Assembly (NCBI GenBank): GCA_002716355.1
Contig: PBAU01000008.1
Span: forward strand, 18,457-50,456
Direction: 5' to 3'
Origin: a bacterium
Lineage (GTDB): Bacteria > UBP7 > UBA6624
Length of the DNA stretch: 32,000 bases
Below the pieces are notes generated by a model that was not told the DNA's origin, did not search any database, and saw only the letters and a list, made by a program, of their open reading frames with translations. Shown here one piece after another: positions 17,022 to 25,895 of this stretch (positions are counted from its first letter, which is position 1; the number at the start of each line of letters is the position of its first letter). A program made the translations under genes and the position numbers.

Positions 17022-18152
17022 ATGCCAAATAATTTTAGACAAGGTGATCTAGTAAAGATTGAATCCGGAAATCAAGGAACTATAGAAAATTGGAGAGTTC
17101 ACCTTGATGGCGCAAAATGGTTTTTCTATTACACGATCAATACCTCATCAGGAATTGTCGATGTTAGAGAAGATTTGATAAGCCTTCCTCAAGAGCTACT
17201 TGAAGCAAGGCTTAAAGAGGAAGAAGAAAACAAAAAGAACAAATATAGAGATGAAAAATACAATGCAACTGTTGTTGATATAAACATGAGACATGAAGAT
17301 CTTGCTATCTTCAGGGTTAAACCTGATGGAGATAAAGCAACTTACGATCCTGGACAATACACAACTTTAGGCTTGTATTCTTTTGAAGGCAGACTGGAAG
17401 GCACACAAAATGAAAACCCTGTACCTGAATTTGATTCTTTTGTCCAGAGGGCATACTCGATATCACACAGAATACTTGACGATGAAACAAGCGAGCTTGT
17501 TGAAGCTGGCAATGATGATTTTTTTGAATTTTATATAGTTTTAGTTAGAGATAATGGAGAGGGAAATCCAGCACCAGGGCTCACGCCTAGACTTTTTGAA
17601 CTAAAAGAAGGCAGCAGGATACATATTGGGAAAAAAGCAGTTGGTCACTACACGCTCCACCATGTGAATGACTCAACAAAAACAATAATCCTCGGTGGAA
17701 CAGGTACTGGAGAAGCTCCTCATATGGGCATGATTGCAAAGCTACTTTCTACTGGTTACAAAGGTGATATAGTATGTTTGGAGGTTTGTAGATCAAGTGC
17801 TGATTTTGGATATTTTGAAACACATAAAAAACTAATGGAAAGATACTCAAATTATAAATATGTGGGGTTGGCAACAAGAGATCCAAATATCAAAGAAAAA
17901 GTTTATATTCAAGACTACATATCAAAAGGCATGCTTGATGATTTACTTGGATACAAGCCTACACCTGATACTTCACATTGGTATTTTTGCGGAAATCCAA
18001 AAATGCTTGGTGTCCCTGTCAAAAACAAAGAAACGGGTAAAGAATCTTACCCTACACCTTTAGGTGTTATAGAGGTATTGGAAGGAATGGGGCACAAAGC
18101 TGATAGAGGGGTTAAAAACCCTGGAAATATACATTACGAAGAATACTGGTGA
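17022..18152 (+). CDS. Bacterial Fpr-type ferredoxin/flavodoxin--NADP+ reductase with a roughly 80-aa N-terminal extension
   Basis: RAYSIS (the RxYS FAD motif), GGTGTGEAP (NADP-binding), FCGNPKM, and a C-terminal PGNIHYEEYW that matches the PGHMTAEHYW end of E. coli Fpr as I recall it. Confidence 0.85.
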   Translation: MPNNFRQGDLVKIESGNQGTIENWRVHLDGAKWFFYYTINTSSGIVDVREDLISLPQELLEARLKEEEENKKNKYRDEKYNATVVDINMRHEDLAIFRVKPDGDKATYDPGQYTTLGLYSFEGRLEGTQNENPVPEFDSFVQRAYSISHRILDDETSELVEAGNDDFFEFYIVLVRDNGEGNPAPGLTPRLFELKEGSRIHIGKKAVGHYTLHHVNDSTKTIILGGTGTGEAPHMGMIAKLLSTGYKGDIVCLEVCRSSADFGYFETHKKLMERYSNYKYVGLATRDPNIKEKVYIQDYISKGMLDDLLGYKPTPDTSHWYFCGNPKMLGVPVKNKETGKESYPTPLGVIEVLEGMGHKADRGVKNPGNIHYEEYW

Positions 18153-18185
18153 TTCGTAAATAAATTTCCAAACAGGAGGAAAAAA

Positions 18186-18809
18186 ATGAAAAAAACATTC
18201 ACAATATTATCCTTGCTACTTGTTATGTTGGGATTATCAAAACCACTTAATGCTAGCGATTTTGTTTTGGCAACTGCTCTTGGTGACGAAACCGCTAACG
18301 TAATGTGGGTTAATTTTGACATCTCAGAAAAAACGATTTTGCATTTTTCAAACATTAATGATGAATATGACTCAAATGAATACAAGAATACAATTTTTGA
18401 TTTTACCTATATGTATTCTGACTCATTAGGCCTAAGGTTCGGAAGTTGGTCTCCTGAACTTAACGGAAGCTCAGAGGATGCTATTACATTAGGAACAGTA
18501 TGGAACTCTGGAAGTCTTTCTTTAGGCTTAGATTACCACAATGGAGACAATATTGATGGAACATCATTCTCAGCAGGATATTCAATTCAAACATCAGAGA
18601 AAAGCTCTATGTTCTTTTGGCATGGCCAAGGTTGGGAGGATGCATCTGGGTCTGGAAGCCTTATAGTCCCTGATGTAACAATGATTGGATGGGATTACGC
18701 TTATTCAGAAAGCACATCAATAGCGTTAACATGGAGAAGCATTGATTTCAATAGTGCGTCAGTTGAATCTACTAGCGGTCCATGGATTGGATTTAATTTT
18801 AGCTTCTAA
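18186..18809 (+). CDS. Small outer-membrane beta-barrel protein (putative)
   Basis: Signal peptide MKKTFTILSLLLVMLGLSKPLNA|S. Alternating hydrophobic strands rich in G/S/Y/W. C-terminal GFNFSF with a terminal Phe (OMP beta-signal). AGGAGG RBS. Confidence 0.6.
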   Translation: MKKTFTILSLLLVMLGLSKPLNASDFVLATALGDETANVMWVNFDISEKTILHFSNINDEYDSNEYKNTIFDFTYMYSDSLGLRFGSWSPELNGSSEDAITLGTVWNSGSLSLGLDYHNGDNIDGTSFSAGYSIQTSEKSSMFFWHGQGWEDASGSGSLIVPDVTMIGWDYAYSESTSIALTWRSIDFNSASVESTSGPWIGFNFSF

Positions 18810-20844
18810 TATCAAAAAGAATATAAAAATCTTCTTCTGAGATAGTTTTAACGCCCAGTTTCAAAGCTTTACTTGCTTTGCCTCCAGGCTTTAAACCCAT
18901 AATTAAATAATCTGTCTTTTTGGTAATATTTGGTGAAAGATTGCCTCCTTCAGATTCAATAAATTTTTTAATTTCATTTCTAGACTTGCTCAATTTTCCT
19001 GTAACAACAACATTTAACCCTGAAAGTTTACCTGAAACCTTTGATTCAGACAGTTTGATTCCCATATTTTTCATTTTTAACAACTCTGCTAAGAACAATT
19101 CATCCGAAAAATATTTTTCAATATTATTTGCAGTTTGAATGCCGATGCCTTTGATCTTTTCCAATTGAGAAGATTTAACATTAAATAAATTTTCAATTGA
19201 ATTTGAAAAATTAGAAAGAACCAATTTGGATACTTCTGAACCAACTAGAGGAATGCCTAGGGCAGCTAAAAGCTTGGTGCATCCTGTATTTTTGGCATCA
19301 ATCACACCTTTTAATATATTATCCACTGACAAATCTCCCCAATTTTCAAGGGATTTCCATTCTTTTTCATACTTTTCAAGACAAAAAAAATCAGAAAAAC
19401 TTTTAACCCAACCCTTATTTATTAAAAGTTTAATTGTTTTTTCTGAAACTCCTTCGATATCCAAACCTGACTTGCCAACAAAATACTTAAACCTTTCAAA
19501 ATTTATCAAATCTGAATTGGGGTCTTCGCAATGTAAAAATACACCATTATCATCAATTCTTGTGAATGATCCATTCCAAATTTTTGGATATTTAAACTTA
19601 GCTTTTCCTGAACCAGAAACTTTCCCTGTTACCTGAGGTATAACATCACCGGCTCTTTGAATTTCAACAGTATCACCAGGAGCAAGATTCAGTGAATTGA
19701 ATAAAGAATAATTATGAAGGGAAGCATTTGAAATCTGAACACCTCCTAAATTAACCGGCTTTAATTTTGCGACTGGGGTCAAAATTCCAGTTCTTCCAAG
19801 TTGCCATTCAATATTTAATATTTGAGTCAAAGATTTATTGGCTGGAAATTTCAAAGCCAAAGCCCACCTTGGATGATGGGAAGTACTTCCTAAAATATCT
19901 CTTAATTCTTTTTCATTAATCTTAACGACAACACCATCACAATCTACATCAATTGAATCTCTTGAATCTGAAATTTTTTTAAAATAGTTTTCTATATCCT
20001 TTTTAAATCCAAAAACTCTATTTCCACCAGTATAAAAACCAAGCCGATCAAGCACGTTTATGCATTCTTCATGATTTTCTAAAATAAATTCATCACATAT
20101 TGGCATATCGTAAAAAAATGCAAACAAAGGAATCTTGGCTGTTTCTAAAGGGTCTTTAGTCCTTAATGCTCCTGCAACAGTGTTTCTAGGGTTTGATCTT
20201 GGCTTTTCGCCAAGCTTTACCCTTTTCTCATTCATCTTGGTAAAAGCTGAATTTTTTATTACTATTTCACCTCTGACCAAAACCTTACCTTTGGTGTTTA
20301 TTCTTAAAGGAATATTTTTAATAGTTTTAATATTTAAAGTAATATCTTCACCAAAAGAACCATCACCTCTAGATAAAGCTCTTTTTAAAAGTCCATTTTG
20401 ATACTCTAAAGAAAAACCCACACCATCCAGCTTTAACTCACCAGCTAAAGAAAAACTATTTGAAATCGTTTTTCCAACCCTTTCTAAGAACTTATCAAAA
20501 CCCTGAAGCTCTTTACTATTTTCAAGAGATATCATTGGTATCTCATGTTGGAAACTTTCCCTGTCTCCCGTGATTGAATTACCTATCCGAAATATTGGAG
20601 CATCACCAGGAACATCACCTATTCCTTCTTTGTCTATTTTTTCTAAACGATCAAAAAGCTTATCGTAAATATCATCTCCAACCAAAGGTTGCGTTCCAAC
20701 ATAGTAAAAATAATTTAAAAAATCTAAAACATCACAAAGAAAAGATATTTCTTCATTTACACGATCTTCAAAGATGTTATTTTGCCATTTTTCAATTTCA
20801 GATAAATAGAAAACTATATCTCTTTTCGAATAAAAATCTTTCAT
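18799..20844 (-). CDS. ligA: NAD+-dependent DNA ligase LigA
   Basis: Adenylation motif ELKLDGVGFSLEY (KxDG), an OB fold, HhH repeats and a C-terminal BRCT (VVVTGKLS...KTDYLIMG). The 3' end overlaps the convergent OMP gene by 11 nt. Confidence 0.95.
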   Translation of the reverse strand: MKDFYSKRDIVFYLSEIEKWQNNIFEDRVNEEISFLCDVLDFLNYFYYVGTQPLVGDDIYDKLFDRLEKIDKEGIGDVPGDAPIFRIGNSITGDRESFQHEIPMISLENSKELQGFDKFLERVGKTISNSFSLAGELKLDGVGFSLEYQNGLLKRALSRGDGSFGEDITLNIKTIKNIPLRINTKGKVLVRGEIVIKNSAFTKMNEKRVKLGEKPRSNPRNTVAGALRTKDPLETAKIPLFAFFYDMPICDEFILENHEECINVLDRLGFYTGGNRVFGFKKDIENYFKKISDSRDSIDVDCDGVVVKINEKELRDILGSTSHHPRWALALKFPANKSLTQILNIEWQLGRTGILTPVAKLKPVNLGGVQISNASLHNYSLFNSLNLAPGDTVEIQRAGDVIPQVTGKVSGSGKAKFKYPKIWNGSFTRIDDNGVFLHCEDPNSDLINFERFKYFVGKSGLDIEGVSEKTIKLLINKGWVKSFSDFFCLEKYEKEWKSLENWGDLSVDNILKGVIDAKNTGCTKLLAALGIPLVGSEVSKLVLSNFSNSIENLFNVKSSQLEKIKGIGIQTANNIEKYFSDELFLAELLKMKNMGIKLSESKVSGKLSGLNVVVTGKLSKSRNEIKKFIESEGGNLSPNITKKTDYLIMGLKPGGKASKALKLGVKTISEEDFYILFDIRS

Positions 20845-20851
20845 AAAGACA

Positions 20852-20937
20852 TGCCCAGGGAGGGACTCGAACCCTCACGCCCAATAATGGGCACATGGCC
20901 CTCAACCATGCGCGTCTACCAATTCCGCCACCTGGGC
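20852..20937 (-). tRNA. tRNA-Leu (anticodon GAG), class II with a long variable arm, CCA not encoded
   Basis: Reverse complement reads GCCCAGGTGGCGGAATTGGTAGACGCGCATGGTTGAGGGCCATGTGCCCATTATTGGGCGTGAGGGTTCGAGTCCCTCCCTGGGCA. The anticodon loop is TT-GAG-GG. Length is 86 nt. Confidence 0.93.
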
Positions 20938-20942
20938 AAAAA

Positions 20943-21176
20943 TTACGATAAAGGCTGCAAGAAAGCCATTAACAAACTGCTACAAACAAAAAGAATTGCA
21001 ACTCTTTTAGTCCAAATCTTCAACGATTCCTCGGAGCCTAGACCTCTTTGCGAGGAAGAAGAAGATGAACCTTGTCCAAACAAACCCATAACGCCTTGTT
21101 CTTTTTGTGTTTGTATCAAGATCAAAACAATCAAGCAAACGCTAATCAAAATATGTATTGCTAAAAGAATATCCAT
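20943..21176 (-). CDS. secG: Preprotein translocase subunit SecG
   Basis: 77 aa with two TM helices flanking a Gly/Ser-rich loop (ILIQTQKEQGVMGLFGQGSSSSS), as in SecG. The tRNA-Leu(GAG) immediately downstream matches the E. coli secG-leuU arrangement. Confidence 0.8.
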   Translation of the reverse strand: MDILLAIHILISVCLIVLILIQTQKEQGVMGLFGQGSSSSSSQRGLGSEESLKIWTKRVAILFVCSSLLMAFLQPLS

Positions 21177-21180
21177 ATCA

Positions 21181-22869
21181 CTAATCCTCTAATTCTAACC
21201 TCCAATAATCTCTTATGTTTTTAATTAGTTGCCTAGCTTTAGGAACAACTGACTTTGAAGACATTCCAGCATGTTCAGCAAGGATTAAAACAAGAATAGG
21301 TTTCGTTTTTTTCTCACTAACTTTAATTTCCCCATAACCAACAAACCATCCATGGGGAGGGAGTTTGCTATTGCCGGTTTGTGCAGTTCCAGTTTTTGCA
21401 GACATGGTAACACCTTCAACTTTCGACCAGTCATCATCTATTAAAGTCCTTATAGCAGTTCCTTCTTTTACAGCGAAATCAAGACCTTTTCTAATGGTTT
21501 CCAAAGTTTTACCACTAAATGAAAAATCTAAATAATTTTTATTTTGTGTTTCATCTCCAATTTTATTAATCAAAATTGGAGAAATCCTAGAACCATTAGC
21601 CAATGCTTGATAAGCAGAATAAACCTGAATGGGAGTGACAAGCAATGAACCTTGCCCTATCATCATATTTACAGTATCGCCTCCATACCAAGGCTCTCCC
21701 AGATTTCTTTTTTTCCATTCATTATCTGGAACTAGCCCTTTAGATTCAGGTATTGGAAGACCCACTTTGGATCCAAAACCAAATTGATAAGCTGCTTCTT
21801 GTAAAATTTTTGGATCCCTGTTCCATCCAGGCACCTCCATACCCAAATAATAAAAAGTTTCATTGCATGAATGTGCTAAACTGTCAACCATATCCAACAC
21901 ACCAAGACCTTCTTTCTTCCAACCTTTAAATACAGTGTTCCCTACCCTTACGGCTCCATTGCAGTTGTATCTTCTTGAAGGATCGACACCCATGTATTCG
22001 AGTGCTGCAGCAGCAGAAACAACTTTAAATGTTGATGCAGGAGGATAAAGACCTTCAGTTGCTCTGTTGAAAAGTTCAGACTTTTCTCCAACTCCTGGGA
22101 TATCCTCCCATCTAGAAGACATGTAGCCATCTGGAGAATAGCTTGGCCTACTAACCATTGAATAAAGTTCTCCTGTAACAGGATTCCCTACAATCACAAC
22201 TCCATTAGAATTACCTTCTTCATTCTCAAGTATGTCCCAAGAAAGCTTCTGTATAGGTAAAGAAAGTGACAAATGTATATCCTCACCTTTTTGGGCTTTT
22301 TCTCGATTTAAGATTTCATCTTCATAATAGCTACTAGGAAGATCTCTAAAAAAAACACTACCATTGTTTCCTCGTAAAGTAGTTTCGTACACCATCTCTA
22401 TGCCAGTTGCACCTATTCTTTCATTTATCCCATATCCATGCTCTTTTAAATCAGCATAATCTCGAGAATCGATACGTCTTGTATAACCCAAAATCAAACT
22501 AAAAAGTCTCCCATAAGGATAATGTCGAGCTAACCTTTCTCTAACATCAATAATCCCTTCAGCATTTTTAAGTTTTTTAAAAGTTTCAAAATCAACATCC
22601 ATATGCCAGCCATCCGGATCCTTATAGAAATTATGAAGAACAGCTCCTTCTTTCAATTTAAGATCGATCCTTAATCTATTGTCAGCAAGAACTTTTCCGT
22701 CTCTGTCAAGTATCAACCCTCTTTCAGGAAGAATGGTATTTGTTTTATAAATATGATTTTGATAATCTTCTTTAAGTTTTGAATTATTTTGCAATAAAAA
22801 AGATTGAAGAAGCAGCGAGAAAAAACCAACTCCTACTAGAATTTTCAAAAATGAAAAAGACAATCTCAT
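21181..22869 (-). CDS. mrdA: Penicillin-binding protein 2 (elongasome transpeptidase)
   Basis: SxxK (ASTFK), SxN (HSCNE) and KTG (AKTGTA) motifs plus an N-terminal TM anchor. Sits directly after mreBCD, with an ATGA overlap with mreD. Confidence 0.9.
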   Translation of the reverse strand: MRLSFSFLKILVGVGFFSLLLQSFLLQNNSKLKEDYQNHIYKTNTILPERGLILDRDGKVLADNRLRIDLKLKEGAVLHNFYKDPDGWHMDVDFETFKKLKNAEGIIDVRERLARHYPYGRLFSLILGYTRRIDSRDYADLKEHGYGINERIGATGIEMVYETTLRGNNGSVFFRDLPSSYYEDEILNREKAQKGEDIHLSLSLPIQKLSWDILENEEGNSNGVVIVGNPVTGELYSMVSRPSYSPDGYMSSRWEDIPGVGEKSELFNRATEGLYPPASTFKVVSAAAALEYMGVDPSRRYNCNGAVRVGNTVFKGWKKEGLGVLDMVDSLAHSCNETFYYLGMEVPGWNRDPKILQEAAYQFGFGSKVGLPIPESKGLVPDNEWKKRNLGEPWYGGDTVNMMIGQGSLLVTPIQVYSAYQALANGSRISPILINKIGDETQNKNYLDFSFSGKTLETIRKGLDFAVKEGTAIRTLIDDDWSKVEGVTMSAKTGTAQTGNSKLPPHGWFVGYGEIKVSEKKTKPILVLILAEHAGMSSKSVVPKARQLIKNIRDYWRLELED

Positions 22870-23225
22870 CTCTTCTCAAACATCCATAAAATAATAAAAG
22901 ATCTAACTACATCAAGCAAAGAACCGGGAATACCAAAGTAACCATAAATAATTTTATTTACAACAAAAACACACAACAAGATAGTTATAAATTTTAAATA
23001 AAAATTTATCTTTTGATTATTTTTTCCAACATTTAAGATGAAAAAAGAAAAAAACAAAACATAAAGAAAAAAATACCCATTGAAAAAAAGATCCAAAAAC
23101 AAAATGCCCAAAACACCTAAAAAACTAATTAATTTATCTTTTCCAAGAAGCCAAAATGATAAAGTTACACCCCATGAAAGATAAGAAGATCCAAGTAAAA
23201 AAAGCACAATCAAAAAATTTATCAT
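22866..23225 (-). CDS. mreD: Rod shape-determining protein MreD (short, polytopic)
   Basis: 119 aa that is almost entirely hydrophobic helices. The call rests on its position between the MreC-like genes and mrdA. No diagnostic motif. Confidence 0.5.
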   Translation of the reverse strand: MINFLIVLFLLGSSYLSWGVTLSFWLLGKDKLISFLGVLGILFLDLFFNGYFFLYVLFFSFFILNVGKNNQKINFYLKFITILLCVFVVNKIIYGYFGIPGSLLDVVRSFIILWMFEKR

Positions 23226-23761
23226 CTTATATTTATCAAATGTTTACCTTGTGAAATTAATTCAATATCACTTGAAGATGTATTGCCTAAAAGCTTAGCC
23301 CATACAGTACCATCATTTTCAGATAAAAAAATCTTAGCAATATAAAAATTTTCAGAATCTCTTGGTGAAGAGATAATCAATCTGTCCCCTGTTGCAATTA
23401 CTTCTCTATCAACTGAAAACCAAACTTTCATCCTGTCTGTACCGTCTCCTTCAAGCACAACAGTCTCCCATGTACTTTCTAAAAATGCAGAAGTCCATTC
23501 TCCTTCCTTTGTTGGAAATATGAGTTTTTTATCTTGAATTCTTCCCAAATAATACCCATTACCATCAATGGCAATAAATTCTTGCTCTCGAAACTCTTCC
23601 GTAAGATAAATCATTTCAGCTTCATTCATCCAGTTTTTAATATCCCTAACTGGAAAGCCTTTCGTTTGACGATTCAATGAAGGTGATATTTTTAATTCGG
23701 AAGGGCTATCTTCTAGCAAATAAAAAACAAGGAGGATAAAAATAAATTTTAATTTTTCCAT
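23222..23761 (-). CDS. MreC-like periplasmic protein, copy 2 (N-terminal anchor or signal peptide)
   Basis: TVVLEGDGTDRMKVWFSVDREVIATGDRLIISS parallels the E. coli MreC segment VIAAGNGCTDDLQLEHLPANTDIRVGDVLVTSG (from memory). N-terminal hydrophobic segment KFIFILLVFYLL. ATG at 23761. Confidence 0.5.
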   Translation of the reverse strand: MEKLKFIFILLVFYLLEDSPSELKISPSLNRQTKGFPVRDIKNWMNEAEMIYLTEEFREQEFIAIDGNGYYLGRIQDKKLIFPTKEGEWTSAFLESTWETVVLEGDGTDRMKVWFSVDREVIATGDRLIISSPRDSENFYIAKIFLSENDGTVWAKLLGNTSSSDIELISQGKHLINIR

Positions 23762-24363
23762 ACCAAAACTACATAAGAATCAAAAGATTCAATATTTAGA
23801 ATATCTCCTTCATTTTTTCCTACATACCAATCCCATAGCAAATCTCTTGTATCGCCCACTGTGAACCATTCCGAAATCAAATCAGAAGAATTAAAATTTT
23901 CAATAATAGCTCTTTCTGTAAAGCCTTTTGCAATCATTGTTTCAGAAAGCGTTTGAGAATGGATGGCAAGCTCAGAATCCTCATGCAAAAGACTCTTAAT
24001 GGAAACAAGGTGTGGGGAATGAAAATCAGCAATCCCAATAACATTTTTGCCATCCTTGTCTAAAACCAAAATTTTTGACTTTTTTCCTTTTTCCCAATTT
24101 ATCTTTTGAGAAACATAAAACCAACCTTCAAAATTTCTTCCTTCACGAACCATTAAAGGTCTAGCAAAACTACAACTTAAAGAAGCATCCCCTTCTTCAA
24201 CAAGGCAAGATCCAGTTTTAAACCATTTAAGAGCAGAAATTGGATTAATTAAAAATTTAAAAAAATCAAAAAAATAAACAAAAATTAAAAAACAGGATAA
24301 AAATAAAAAAACATAATTGAAATTCTCTTTTTCTTTTCTTAGTAACGTGGATCTAGTTAACAA
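23749..24363 (-). CDS. mreC: MreC-like protein, copy 1 (N-terminal TM anchor)
   Basis: Sits immediately after mreB. TM segment FLFLSCFLIFVYFF, then VIGIADFHSPHLVSIKSLLHEDSELAIHSQ...MIAKGFTER...FTVGD follows the MreC beta-domain pattern. TTG start at 24363 with AAGG 9 nt upstream. There is no in-frame ATG before the TM segment. Confidence 0.55.
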   Translation of the reverse strand: MLTRSTLLRKEKENFNYVFLFLSCFLIFVYFFDFFKFLINPISALKWFKTGSCLVEEGDASLSCSFARPLMVREGRNFEGWFYVSQKINWEKGKKSKILVLDKDGKNVIGIADFHSPHLVSIKSLLHEDSELAIHSQTLSETMIAKGFTERAIIENFNSSDLISEWFTVGDTRDLLWDWYVGKNEGDILNIESFDSYVVLVWKN

Positions 24364-24378
24364 TAAAGATAACCTTAA

Positions 24379-25422
24379 CTATCTACCTTCAACATGCTTG
24401 ATCATAAGGAGCTCTAAACCTTTAATAACAGCATTATCAGGGTCTTTAACACAGTTAACAGGAAGTTCAGTTTTATCACTGACTCTTTGATCTAAGCCTT
24501 TTAGTTTTGATCCACCCCCTGCAAGATGAACGCCATCACGATAAACATCTTCAGCCAATGCTGGAGGGGTCAATTCAAGGGTGCCTAATATATTATTAAT
24601 AATTTCATTAACCGGAGGCTTTAAAGCTTCAACTATGTCATCTGGGGTTATTGTACGTTTTGAAGGTCTTCTTTTTTGAAGATCTTGACCTGTTATCTCC
24701 ATTGGCTCCTGATCAGCTTGAGGAACAGCACTTCCGCATTCTTTCTTAATTTTCTCTGCCTGTGCCAAAGATATATCTAAATCTTTAGTTTTTCTTATGA
24801 AATCTCTAATATACCTATCCATTGAATCACCTGCGACTCTAACTTTCTTTTTAACAACTATAGCACCATTTGAAATGATTGCTATATCAGTGGTTCCACC
24901 ACCTATATCAACAACCATGTGCCCTTTTGGATCACCAACTTTCAAACCAGATCCAACAGCGGCTGCATAAACTTCATCCTCAACTGCAAGTGTACCTATG
25001 TTGGCATAAGCTGCTAATTCATTGTAAGCATTCTTATGAACATCATCAGTATCAACAGGAACCCCTACAATAGCCCAATTGGTAGGAGCAGAAAGTGCTC
25101 TGAATGTGGTATCTGTCGCTTGCTCCATAAAATACCTTAACATCTTTTGAGCAAGCTCAAGATCATTAATTGTTCCTTCCTTCATAGGCCTGCTTGCAAT
25201 GACATTAGAGCCAGTCCTATCTAACATGGTTTGAGCTTTATATCCAGCTGCTATAACCTCTCTAGTTGCTGCATCAATAGCAACAACTGAAGGCTCATCA
25301 ACCACAACACCTTGACCATATTCTGCGATTATGAGATTTTTTGTACCTAAATCTATAGCAAAATCTCTACCTCTAGTAAATCTCCTAGAGACCTTTGATA
25401 AAATTTGTTTGAAGCCTGCCAA
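24379..25422 (-). CDS. mreB: Actin-like rod-shape protein MreB
   Basis: FAIDLGTKNLII, VDIGGGTTDIAIIS and LAGGGSKLKGL motifs. The start is TTG at 25422. There is no in-frame ATG upstream of the DLGT phosphate-1 motif. Confidence 0.93.
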   Translation of the reverse strand: MAGFKQILSKVSRRFTRGRDFAIDLGTKNLIIAEYGQGVVVDEPSVVAIDAATREVIAAGYKAQTMLDRTGSNVIASRPMKEGTINDLELAQKMLRYFMEQATDTTFRALSAPTNWAIVGVPVDTDDVHKNAYNELAAYANIGTLAVEDEVYAAAVGSGLKVGDPKGHMVVDIGGGTTDIAIISNGAIVVKKKVRVAGDSMDRYIRDFIRKTKDLDISLAQAEKIKKECGSAVPQADQEPMEITGQDLQKRRPSKRTITPDDIVEALKPPVNEIINNILGTLELTPPALAEDVYRDGVHLAGGGSKLKGLDQRVSDKTELPVNCVKDPDNAVIKGLELLMIKHVEGR

Positions 25423-25429
25423 TTAAAAC

Positions 25430-25849
25430 CTATCTTGCACGCGCAGAGTCGTATGCTGATTTTGGAACCTGTATAGTTATGACAGCAGCGCCTTTCTTTA
25501 AGTCAATTTCCATTTCATACATGAAAGCAACCTGTCCGCCCTGCATTCCCATTGAAGGAGGCTTGACCCCAAGCTTATATTTATCCCAAGGGAATTTATG
25601 TTTTCCTTTTTGGTTTGGATCAGCTGGATCAAAGGAATAGAGGCCCCTGTCATTAGATTGTGTGTATCTAATAACATTGCCTTCCATATCCATAACACTT
25701 ACGCCACAGTAACCACACATAAATGCAACTGAACCATCATCATTAAGGACTTCAATTTTCCCTGATATAGTGCCTGACAATTTACCTTTAAGCATCTTGC
25801 ATGATGAAAAAGGTATAAGGAAAAGAACAAGAAGAAGAATTTTTTTCAT
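25430..25849 (-). CDS. Lipoprotein with a carboxypeptidase-regulatory-like (CarboxypepD_reg) beta-sandwich domain
   Basis: MKKILLLVLFLIPFSS|C is a lipobox. ISGKIEVLNDDG...GVSVMDMEGNVIRYTQSNDRGLYSF follows the CarboxypepD_reg pattern. The ATG at 25849 is preceded by GGAGG. The track's 25864 start is a TTG inside the RBS. Confidence 0.65.
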   Translation of the reverse strand: MKKILLLVLFLIPFSSCKMLKGKLSGTISGKIEVLNDDGSVAFMCGYCGVSVMDMEGNVIRYTQSNDRGLYSFDPADPNQKGKHKFPWDKYKLGVKPPSMGMQGGQVAFMYEMEIDLKKGAAVITIQVPKSAYDSARAR

Positions 25850-25895
25850 TTTTTTTACCTCCAAATATTTTCTTAATTATAGATGAGAATTAAGA

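Noticed and set aside
20851-21192. 113-aa + strand ORF
   Set aside because: It starts inside tRNA-Leu (antisense) and runs antisense through secG. The tRNA and SecG calls explain the region.
23749-23761. The two MreC-like ORFs as a single frameshifted pseudogene
   Set aside because: The downstream ORF starts with ATG and has its own hydrophobic N-terminal anchor. Each ORF contains a separate GD-terminated core-like segment. This fits two genes better, but a sequencing frameshift cannot be excluded without reads.
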